A DNA stretch of 64,000 nt, from NCBI GenBank assembly GCA_963735595.1, contig CAVTLK010000005.1:448001-512000 (forward strand), in the 5' to 3' direction. The notes under the pieces are model-generated. The model was given only the letters and a program-made list of their open reading frames with translations, searched no databases and was not told the DNA's origin. The position numbers and the translations under genes were made by a program. This DNA is from an uncultured delta proteobacterium. Lineage in GTDB: Bacteria > Desulfobacterota > Zymogenia > Zymogenales > Zymogenaceae. Positions 20,307-29,793 of this stretch are shown piece by piece; the stretch's first letter is position 1; every line of letters starts with the position of its first letter.

Positions 20307-23300
20307 ATGATGCGCGCATACAAAACTGCAGTCCGATGGATTACGATGCGGCGGGGCTTTACCATCGTCGAAATGCTGATCGCCGTTGTCATCTCCTTTA
20401 TCATCCTGGCCGCGGTGTTCGAGGTGTTCATCGCCCAGAAGCGGCGTTACGTCACCGAGGACGCCGTGCTGGAGATGGAAAACCGCGGCGACTTCGCCAT
20501 CGAATACCTCACCAGGATCATCCAGAACTCGGGATACAACATCCAGCAGGGGATGAAGTTCGAGGCGGCCTCCGACCATTATTTTGTCACGGCGATGGAC
20601 GAAAACGACGACAACGTCATCAGCCCCGAGGAGGTCATCGCGATCGTCCTCAATAAACCGACCCGGGAAATCGAGGCCGGCGACCAGCCGACCGAGCTGG
20701 TCCGGGACCCCAGCCAGGACGATTTTACCGCTGGCAAGAGGTCGTTCGGGTTTGACGCATACTTCGACATGGATGGCGACGGCACGGTGGGGGATGCCGA
20801 GAAGTTCACGTCGGGATATAACCTCAACACGGCGCGCGACGACAGCAGCCTCGACCAGAAGGACGCTATTAGGCTCTTCCTGGCCGACGGCCCGCCCTAC
20901 GCGGTCTACCGGTACAGTTTTAACCTCCTCGACGATGACGACGCGTATGACAGCGTCGGCAACCCCTATATCGTCAACCCGGCGCCGGACCTGATCGCCG
21001 ATGGCGTCGACAACTTCATTATCCGCTACTACGACGAAGAGAACCTCCCGCTGCCGGCGACCTTCGACGACGCGGGCAGGAGGATTACCCCCAAGCCGCC
21101 GTATATGCTTACCCGCGACGACATGACCCGGATCAGGAGGGTCGAGTTCGAGGTCCTCCTGCGCTCGACACGGGTCGACAACAAGTGGACCGATTCCGGA
21201 TCATACCCCGCGGGGTCCGTGGCGACCTACGACTCGAGCGGCAAGCCCGCCGGCTGGTCGTGCGGCGACGCCGAGTTCCGTGCCGGGGCGCCCTACCTGG
21301 TCAGCTGCGCCGGCCTGTCGGACTGGGACTGCTTCTACCGGTACTGCAACAATAAGACGTACCCGACCCTCACCGATAATAAGGTCGAGTACGAAGACCA
21401 GTACCGCCGGCTCCTGCTGACTTCGAGCGTGACCCCCAAGAACCTCACTCTTAACCCGTACGGGCAGCTGACCCTGACGGTCGACCCGGTCAAGATCAGG
21501 TGCCCCGATACCTCCGCCACCCTTACGGCCACATTGAGAGACCGGGAGGGAGACCCCATAGAGGACGCGGTGGTCAATTTCTATTCGACGTCCCTCGTGT
21601 CGGGGCTCGACTATACGGGCGTATCGGATACCGACGTGAACGGCGACCCGATCACCGACGAAAACGGGGTCGTAACCGGCATCACCCTGAGCGCGCTCGT
21701 GATGGCCGACGGCACCAAGAAGCCGGTATCCGTCACCGTATCCGCGGATACCGCCATAACCGTTACCGTCGACGGGGTCGACCGGTCGATACCGATCTAT
21801 TCCTCCGTCGTCGTCCCGTTTGTCGTCGGCCCGCCGGCGACCGTCGTGCTGCTCAATACGCCCACGGACGCCACCGCGTGCCTGACCGACTCCATTAAGC
21901 CGTTCTCCCTCTATGCGGAAGACTGCAACGGGTTCCCGGTGGAAGGCGCGACGATCACGGTGACGCCGTTTAATCCCGCGACTCCGGGGACGCCTATCAC
22001 CTCTGATATCAATCCGGGTTCGTTTCACAAGGAAAATAGCAGGACGTCCACCGTCATGAACGAAATGGTGGATTATTCGAGCAACGAAGACGACAACGGG
22101 AAATACCTCATCTGGTATGCGTCTCCGATGATAACCAATCCCGCGGTACCATACTACCTGCCGAGCCTCGGGATCGCCTTCGAGGCGACGGCCTTCGACC
22201 AAAAAGAGCTGACCGACCCCGTGCCGGACGGCTGGGGCTTTTCGGATAACCCGGAGAAGACGTGCAATATCACCATACTGCCCGGCGAGGTAAACTCGAT
22301 TACCGTCCTTCCCACCGAACACGGCGCCGGGTCCGGGTGCGAGAACGAGTATTTCGATTTCTACGTTACCGGGTATGACTGCGGAAGCCTCAATGCTTAT
22401 GGGTCCAGCCTCATCTGGGCGTCGATTTTCGGCGATGATGAAAAAACGTCCCCAGATTCCGACCAACATCGTCGGGACGCTTAAAGATAAGTTCGGTGCG
22501 GACCTCGGTGTCAAGAACGCCGTGATGCTATACGACTCCCATGACCAGAAATACCGGCTGAGGTTCGTGACCACGGGGTGCGCCCTCAATACAGAGAGCG
22601 AGAGTATCAGGGTATTCAACTACGAGTTAGGGAATTATCCTTACACCGTACCGGAAGGCGGCGCCAGCGGCATAATAGACCCGGTAACCCTGGCCCAGTG
22701 CCCGGTGGGGATCAACATCGTCCTTACTGCGAAAGAGCCGCATACAACCGGCGGTACCGGCACGCTGACCGACGGCTTCTACCAGAACGGGTGTGATTAC
22801 GACAATATTGACGTCGTGGCGGAGGTCACCCTGAACATCCCCCCGACGACCATCTGTGACGAGGTCATCCTTAACCCGGTCACCTTCACGGTGGTCAGCG
22901 GCGGCGCCCGGTTCCTGGACGCCGGCGGGAACCCGACCCTCATCACGACGACCGTCAATACCGACAACACCAACGGCGTGGCCTTCGCGGGCCTCAAGCT
23001 CACCGGTACGTCCCTCGCCGACGTAGTGATCAGCGCGACCACTTCCAATGGGACCGCGCCGGTCTATACGGACACGACGACCATTACCTACCCGGTCGGG
23101 GAGGAGCATATCGTCTTTGCCTACCGGGACAGCTGTTATAAGGACCTCCTGAGCCCGGCCAACGGGATCCGTACCGATGACTATGTCTACCTCGAGGTGC
23201 TCGACTGTAACCAGAACGAAAGCACCGGCGCCGCCGACACTACCACGGCCACCGTATACTCATTCCTGGCCGCCACCAACGACTCGGAAGCAGTAACGCT

Positions 23301-25362
23301 CACGGAGACCGGCAACAATACGGGTGTCTTCCGCGGCAAGATCAAGACCAGGGCGCTTCCCCCCGGCTGGAGCACAAGCTATAACGATACGGTGCTGGAT
23401 ATCATCAACGGCTCGTTCGTAAACGTCAGATACGTCGACGACGATTTGAACGAGTTTTATGCCTACGATATCGGCAGCATCCTGACAATCCTGGACCAGT
23501 GCGTCGAGGGGATACGGTTCGTTGAAAACTACGCCAAGGCATCGTACGACGGGCTCACAGCCAACATGACGAATTTCGCGCTGGCCGATCCCGCGAGCTG
23601 GCGGGGGTTCTCAACCCTTAACATCACCAGGAGGACCCTCACCCCCAGTATCACACCGAGCGCTACGTGGATCAAATATTTGATGCTCCAGTTCTGCGAC
23701 GAGATGTACCTGTCGGGCTCGATCTACGCCCAGTATTTCTATAACGGGTCCGCGGTGTCCTTCCCGCCGTCCACGACGCCTGCCGTCAAGTGGAGAAACG
23801 TCGAATCCTTCGTGTGGGTCGACCTGGATGAGGATATCGTCGGGATCCCCGCATCCGAACAAAACTGGACAGACCTGTCGGTTTCGTATCGGTTCAAGAC
23901 CATGGGCGATCCCGATGACGTCGGTTACGGGAGCATCACGGCAACGATCGACGACTATTACCTTCCCGATATCGACAAGGGCGTCTATTTCCTCTTCAGG
24001 ACGGCGTCCTCCAACGTCACGATGACCGCACTTGACGGAGACCCGACGATGGACGTGCTCGACCGGGGCTACATCGCGGTATGGACCGAGGATGCCGAGC
24101 GGCAACCCGCTGGCCAGGCTCTACCGGTTTGACGGGATCGATCCAGGCAGCAAACCCCGTAACGGTGGAAGTGGTGCAGATGGGCGGGGACATCACGGGG
24201 ACGGATTTCACTGTCCCCTTCGACGACGGGGAGTATCACAAGGCCGAGATCGTCCTTGAGGGTAACGATTTCTATATCTACTTCGACGACGTATTGCTGG
24301 ACTTCGACGGTATGTCGGGCCCATCGGCCGTGGGCGGGTCTTCGGCCGTCGACAAGAACTACACGCACGGGAGCATCGGCTTCGGGGTCAAGGACGTTAT
24401 CGCCAAGTTCGACAACGTCCAGGTCTGCGGCTGCGCGCCGCTGCAGATCACGGCGTCGGACTTGACCTTCCCCGCCGAAACCGGCGTGACGCTCTCCCTG
24501 ACCGACACCATCTACGGACTGCCCGCCCCGGGCCCGGTGGACTGGCTTGTCACGCCGAGCGACAGCGGGACCTTCAGCAGTCAATCCGTCCACCGGGGCG
24601 ACCGTCGTCTTTACGAGAAGCCTTACGGGGGCCTTCCCGGACGAGTTTGACGCGATAGACGCCCTGGGGTGCATCGCGATGATGCTGCCGCCGCCGCCAC
24701 TGCCGACGTGCCTGACGCAGAACTTCGATGCAAGCGACTCGAGCCTCAGCAACACCGGTTTTGCATCATGGGTCGGGTCGTGGGTGATCGCTCAGGACGC
24801 TTCGAACGGCAACAGCAAGGGGATTCGCTATACCAGCATAAACTACAGCGGCGTCAAGCTGATCAGGGCATCGGCCGGTACGTACAGCGCCATTTGGAGC
24901 AACCATGATGCGGTAGACCTCTACGACGATTACACCGTTGAAGTCGACATACGGCCGACGAGTACGTCGTCCTCAGCCGGCCTCTTCTTCAGGAACGACG
25001 GTACGTCGAACGCCGGTTACTACCTGTACATTTCGAATGACGGCGGGGATACGCGGGTGAGGCTTCGTTACGACGGAAACCTGACGGACGTCGGCAGCTC
25101 CAGTACCCTGGATTCGGACACTACGTCATACTCGTACAGCACGTCTGCCGTCTATCACCTCAAGGTGACGGTCGACGGATCGACCATATCGTATGAGGTA
25201 TCCAAGACAAATATCGGATCGCCCACAACCTACCTCATCAGCAGCGGAACGGTCACGAACTCCACGCTCAAGACCGGCGGGCCGGGGTTCTGGCTCTACA
25301 ACGGCAGCAGCAACAGCTACAACGCCTACTTCGACAACTTCGAGATCTGTACGCTGCCGTAG
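20307..25362 (+). CDS. Giant PilW-like prepilin with Ig-like and two DUF1080/LamG-like domains (~1,680 aa after correcting four +1 indels)
   Basis: RRG|FTIVEMLIA; IQNSGY; IADGVDNFIIRYYD; IRRVEFEVLLR; Big-1-like ATLTATLRDREGDPIEDAVVNF..TDENG; LTETGNNTGVFRG; GSIGFGV..FDNVQV; GGPGFW..FDNFEI. Joins ORFs 20169..22484, 22375..24132, 24032.., 24081..24650 and 24547..25362. Confidence 0.7.
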
Positions 25363-25385
25363 CCGGTACCGATCGAACCAAAAGG

Positions 25386-25413
25386 AATGGGGGGCTACAG
25401 CCCCCCATTTTTT
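25386..25413 (+). terminator. Rho-independent terminator ending the pilin operon
   Basis: AATGGGGGGC-TACA-GCCCCCCATT followed by a T run. Confidence 0.8.
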
Positions 25414-25436
25414 ATATGCCATGACGAAACTACCGG

Positions 25437-26336
25437 CTACCTGCCGGGCGCGGGAAGCGCGGCGTCCAGCCGCGCGGCGTCTTCCTCCAACTCCTTCCAG
25501 TCGATTCCCTTCTCGTCGTTTTCCTTCTGCACGATGAAGAAGGCGCAGTAGCCGTCGCCATTTGCCCTGCACGCAACCTCCCGGGACTCGACCGCTTTAT
25601 GCTCGAAGGTTTGGGAGAGGCACTCACCGATCCCCTCCAGGTAACTCTGGTGAACGACGCACTGCGGCCTGGCCGACGTGATCCCTTCGGCCTCGTAGAT
25701 GTTGGCGCACTTGAGGAAAAACACCCGCCGGTTATCCTTCCCCCTGCCGGTGACTGTCCGGGAAAGCCCCCACCCGTAGAGCGGAAACACGGACCCAAGC
25801 ACCGCGTCCATTGATCCGAGGGCAGGATCCAGCTCCTTCCAGCTATAGTCGGCAAGGGCCTTTTCGGCCACCGCGAACCCCCCCCGTTTTGCGACACTGT
25901 GGAGGATGGCCAAGGCGCCCCGATCGGTAAGTATCTCTCCCATCGCCTCCTTGAATTGCTGAAGCAGCCGGACGGTCTGAACCGTAAAGGCGGTGTTGCC
26001 GTACGCGGTGATCTCACGCGTGTCGGCAACCGGGACGAAGCCCGCCGGGATGGTTCCGTCGGCAAACCGGCACGGAAGGATGGCCTCATCATGGAACCGG
26101 GTAACGTCCGCAAGCGTCGGGTGTTCCAGCAAAGCGTCCGGCGCCCCGAGCTTCGTGAGCATGGAGCGAAAGACCATGGTCAGGGTGTCTTTTCCTCCAA
26201 CCAGCTCGATCTCGTCAAAAAACGCCTCCATGAACCCCTTGCGGGTCAGGATAACCCGATCCCTGCCGCTGCCCCCGTCGAGGTAAATAGCGCCGCCGGC
26301 GGGTTCCCAGGCGATCTCTCTTGCTGATGAAGACAT
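25437..26336 (-). CDS. Stand-alone V4R domain protein
   Basis: YGWG, NIYEA, PQCVVHQSYLEG, ESREVACRANGDGYCAF V4R signature. Confidence 0.8.
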   Translation of the reverse strand: MSSSAREIAWEPAGGAIYLDGGSGRDRVILTRKGFMEAFFDEIELVGGKDTLTMVFRSMLTKLGAPDALLEHPTLADVTRFHDEAILPCRFADGTIPAGFVPVADTREITAYGNTAFTVQTVRLLQQFKEAMGEILTDRGALAILHSVAKRGGFAVAEKALADYSWKELDPALGSMDAVLGSVFPLYGWGLSRTVTGRGKDNRRVFFLKCANIYEAEGITSARPQCVVHQSYLEGIGECLSQTFEHKAVESREVACRANGDGYCAFFIVQKENDEKGIDWKELEEDAARLDAALPAPGR

Positions 26337-26470
26337 ATGATACCTCGAAATGATTGTTGAATGACCCTCGATTACGCATAGTTATATCAACGGAGGGCGA
26401 ATAGGAGTGTGAGCAATCTAACATAAATAGAACAATCCTTCAATCGAAAAGTGAGCGTCATTAACCCGAC

Positions 26471-26505
26471 AAAAAAAGGAGGGTGACCTGGTGTGGTCAC
26501 CCTCC
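26471..26505 (-). terminator. Rho-independent terminator after the aminotransferase
   Basis: GGAGGGTGACC/GGTCACCCTCC stem with A7 on the + strand, which is a U tract on the - strand. Confidence 0.8.
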
Positions 26506-26527
26506 CGGTATCGTCTGGGGCGTGTGG

Positions 26528-27763
26528 TTACCCGAAAACCCGCTTGACCTCTTTGAATGCCGCATCGGCGACGTCGATCGATTTCTCGATGTCTGCTTTT
26601 TCGTGGGCCGCCGATATAAACCAGTTATGGTGGGGGTGGAAGAAAACACCCCGCTTCATGGACTCTGCGGCAAACAGCTGATTCATGCGGAAGTCCTCGC
26701 CTCCCTTGAAAGTGATAAAGGGAATCGCAGCGGGGCCGGTTACCGAGATCTCGAGATCGTGGGCCTGGGCCATCTCCTCCAGCCCGGTCTTGAGCAGCTC
26801 GCCCATCTTCTTCATCTTTTCGATGGCCTTATCCCGCTTGAGAATCGTCAGAGTCGCCACGGACGCCGCCATAGGCTCCGCCGAAAACCAGTAGCTGCCG
26901 GTATAGAATACGTTGGACGCGCTGATACGCAGGTCATCCTTGCCCACCATTGCCGAGAGGGGGTACCCGTTGGCGATAGCCTTGCAGTAGCAGGAGATAT
27001 CGGGAGTGAACCCGAAGTATTCATGGGAGCCGGCCAGGTTGAGCCGGAACCCCGCCCGGATGTCGTCGAGGATCAGGACGATCCCTTCCCTGGTGCAGGT
27101 CTTGCGGACGCCTTCCCAGAACCCCTTGGGCGGCATTACCTGGTCGGCCCAGGTGGGATGGTGGTAGGGGGTGAAGATCGCCCCGGCGATGTCGCCCCGG
27201 TGCTCCTCGGCCAGCCGGTTGAATCCCTCAAGGTCGCCCCAATCGATGCTCAGGATGTGGGCGCGGTCTTCCGGCAGGACTCCGTTATGGTTTGCCTCGG
27301 TCCAGGGACCGGTGCCGTGATAGGCGCCCTTGGCGGTGATGATCTTCCTCTTCTTGGTATGCTCCCGGGCGATCAGGAGGGCGTGGTTGGTCATGTCCGC
27401 CCCGTTCTTGCCGAATACGACCCATTCGGCCATCGGGATGAGCTTTGTCATGAGCTCGGCAAGCTCCACCATTACCTCGCCCGGATGGTTGGTGCAGTTG
27501 GCGAGCTTGCGCTGTTTATCGGCGGCGGCGTCCACCTCGGGGTGGTTATGGCCCAGGACCATCGGCCCGTAGGCGCAAATGTAGTCGATATACTCGTTGC
27601 CGTCCACGTCCCAATACCGGCATCCCTTCGCCTTCGCGGTAAAGTAGGGTGAGGCCATCGGCCCGGCCATTACCGGGGTCAGGTGGCCGTATATCCCCTG
27701 GGGGATGACTTTTGCCGCCCGCTTGAAGAGCTGTATCGATTTCTTATATCTTTCTTCGGTCAT
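26528..27763 (-). CDS. Class III PLP aminotransferase (glutamate-1-semialdehyde aminomutase-like)
   Basis: WDVDGNEYIDY, GPMVLGH, GAYHG, LILDDIRAGFR, YCKAIANGYP. Confidence 0.85.
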   Translation of the reverse strand: MTEERYKKSIQLFKRAAKVIPQGIYGHLTPVMAGPMASPYFTAKAKGCRYWDVDGNEYIDYICAYGPMVLGHNHPEVDAAADKQRKLANCTNHPGEVMVELAELMTKLIPMAEWVVFGKNGADMTNHALLIAREHTKKRKIITAKGAYHGTGPWTEANHNGVLPEDRAHILSIDWGDLEGFNRLAEEHRGDIAGAIFTPYHHPTWADQVMPPKGFWEGVRKTCTREGIVLILDDIRAGFRLNLAGSHEYFGFTPDISCYCKAIANGYPLSAMVGKDDLRISASNVFYTGSYWFSAEPMAASVATLTILKRDKAIEKMKKMGELLKTGLEEMAQAHDLEISVTGPAAIPFITFKGGEDFRMNQLFAAESMKRGVFFHPHHNWFISAAHEKADIEKSIDVADAAFKEVKRVFG

Positions 27764-27813
27764 ACGTGCCTCCGTATTTATCGTAGAGTCCGGATTGCCC
27801 GGACGGTAAAGAT

Positions 27814-28569
27814 TTATTGGGTATATTCCCCTACCTTGAGCATAAGCTGCGAGAGCTGGTCGGCCATCGGCAGCGACCCTGAAAGGGTGACATCACCCAT
27901 CGGAATTGCGGCCATGAAATCGAGTTTGCCGACGAACATGTTGTAGGCGATGGTGTAGTCCCGGAACGACATGAACATATTGTAATCGCGGGGCCTGCCC
28001 TTTGCCGCGCGAAAATCGGTCTGTCTCTTGTCTATATAGACGGAGGGCTCGCCCTTTATCTCGAACTGGGCAATCCCGTTGGGGATCTTTGCCGCGACTT
28101 TCGGCCCCGCGTCCCGACCCACGACGGCCGCGCCAAGGGTCGCCGCGAACAAGAGGAGCGTCGCGGCAAGCTTCGTCTCTCCCGCGCTTAACGGCTTCTT
28201 CTGATTGGGGGCCATGTAGAAATTGAGCCGCTCGCCGAGCTTCGTGAAGGCGTTGACCAGCTTGAGGTTCCAGATACCCCAGATGGGCAGCGGCAGGGCA
28301 AACCCCTTATTTTTGAAGAGGTTGTTGAGCATCCGCACTGTCGGGAGAAACAGCGTAATGGAGCTCTTTTTCTCTTTACCCTGGGTAACGGTGATGGTCC
28401 CGTCCTTCATCTCGACCTGGGCTGCAAGACCCTGGGGCGCCCTGAAGGTGATGACGCCGGCCAGCCCCTTGATCGCCTTCTTTGACGCATCGTCGCCCTT
28501 GGGCAGTTCCTCGAAGAGAGGAAGGACGGCCTGCAAAAATATCCGGGCGGTGGTGAGTTCTTTTGACAT
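27814..28569 (-). CDS. Protein with two SCP2 (sterol carrier)-like domains
   Basis: Two units of the form (I/V)xF..A/V.V...DG..TV; C-terminal MFVGKLDFMAAIPMGDVTLSGSLPMA resembles the SCP2 signature. Confidence 0.6.
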   Translation of the reverse strand: MSKELTTARIFLQAVLPLFEELPKGDDASKKAIKGLAGVITFRAPQGLAAQVEMKDGTITVTQGKEKKSSITLFLPTVRMLNNLFKNKGFALPLPIWGIWNLKLVNAFTKLGERLNFYMAPNQKKPLSAGETKLAATLLLFAATLGAAVVGRDAGPKVAAKIPNGIAQFEIKGEPSVYIDKRQTDFRAAKGRPRDYNMFMSFRDYTIAYNMFVGKLDFMAAIPMGDVTLSGSLPMADQLSQLMLKVGEYTQ

Positions 28570-28804
28570 AGATGCCTCCGAACAGGTAAGTGGGAAATTA
28601 CTCTATACCCCGGTGGTTCATGGGAAACCACCAATGTCCATCCTTTTTGCGGGCCCCCTCACATCCTTGTGACGGGGGATGCCCGGTTGTATCCCGGCGT
28701 TGTATCGACGCACTGCGGGATAGCCTGTATAGGCCGGGATACGCCGACCCCCGTTGCCGCGTGACGGAGGCAATCACCTGTCCGCCATGCAGTATTCAAC
28801 GCCG

Positions 28805-29629
28805 CTATTTCCCGGTGAAACGGGGTTTTCTCCTCTCGGAAAACGCCGCGATCGCCTCATAAAAATCCTCAGAGGGCAATATGTTGGCGCTCCGGTTGGC
28901 GACGTAGTCCAGGCCGTCGGCAACCGACTTATCCCGGCAGTAATTAATGACCTCTTTTGCCGCCATAACGGCCAGGGGAGACGAATCGGATATTTCCTGC
29001 GCCATCTCCTGGGCCGCGGCGTACAGCGCGTCCTTGTCGGCATAGACCTCGTTCAGTAGCCCGATCTCCTTCGCCCGGGAGGCGGAGATGTCCTTGGCGG
29101 TATAGGTGAGTTCCTTGGCGTGCCCTTCTCCGACGATCCGGGGAAGACGCTGGAGCGTGCCTACGTCGGCGACGATGCCGATCCGCGCCTCGCGAACCGA
29201 GAACTGCGCATCGGCGCTTGCCAGGCGGATGTCACAGGCGGTGATGAGATCAACACCCGCCCCGATGCACCAGCCGTGGACGGCGGCGATGACGGGCTTC
29301 CTGCATCGATCGACGCACGTCATGGATTCCTGCAGGCGGACGATATCCTTGACGAACTTGAACCGCTTGTTGCCCTGGACGTTCGGCTCGGTGAGGGCGG
29401 GCACCTCCGAGACCATCCCGACCAGGTCGATGCCGGTGGTGAACGCCTTGCCGCGCCCGGCAAGGATAACGACGCGCACGTCGTCATCGGTATCCAGTTC
29501 GCGCATGACGTCGATGATTTCTTTCCAAAATACGGGACCGCAGGCATTGAGCTTATCCGGGCGGTTCATGAATAACCACGCGATGTGATCTTTCTTTTCG
29601 ATCTCGAAGACCTTGTAGGACTGTGTCAT
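28805..29629 (-). CDS. Crotonase/enoyl-CoA hydratase family (dienoyl-CoA isomerase-like)
   Basis: NRPDKLNA, FTTGIDL, KPVIAAVHGWCIGAGVDLITACDIR, ADVGTLQRLP. Confidence 0.9.
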   Translation of the reverse strand: MTQSYKVFEIEKKDHIAWLFMNRPDKLNACGPVFWKEIIDVMRELDTDDDVRVVILAGRGKAFTTGIDLVGMVSEVPALTEPNVQGNKRFKFVKDIVRLQESMTCVDRCRKPVIAAVHGWCIGAGVDLITACDIRLASADAQFSVREARIGIVADVGTLQRLPRIVGEGHAKELTYTAKDISASRAKEIGLLNEVYADKDALYAAAQEMAQEISDSSPLAVMAAKEVINYCRDKSVADGLDYVANRSANILPSEDFYEAIAAFSERRKPRFTGK

Positions 29630-29793
29630 GTGTGCTCCCCATCCAAAAGTGTCGGTGAAAAATACGAGCGGCTCTGTCAGAATCGGCTCGATGTATGCTG
29701 TTGTTTCCGGCGTTGTTTCCGCCGCCGTTACCGTCCGAATCGTCGAGAACGGGCGGCATCCTGACGCCGGGGTTCGTGCGTGCTGGCGAACGG

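Noticed and set aside
26528..27763. Assignment as hemL
   Set aside because: It lacks the typical GGVNSPVR and SGTEA motifs (has GIYGH and NGADM) and has no tetrapyrrole gene context.
29700..29723. Short tandem GTTGTTTCCG(G/C)C x2
   Set aside because: Only two imperfect copies with no supporting context; likely slippage or chance.
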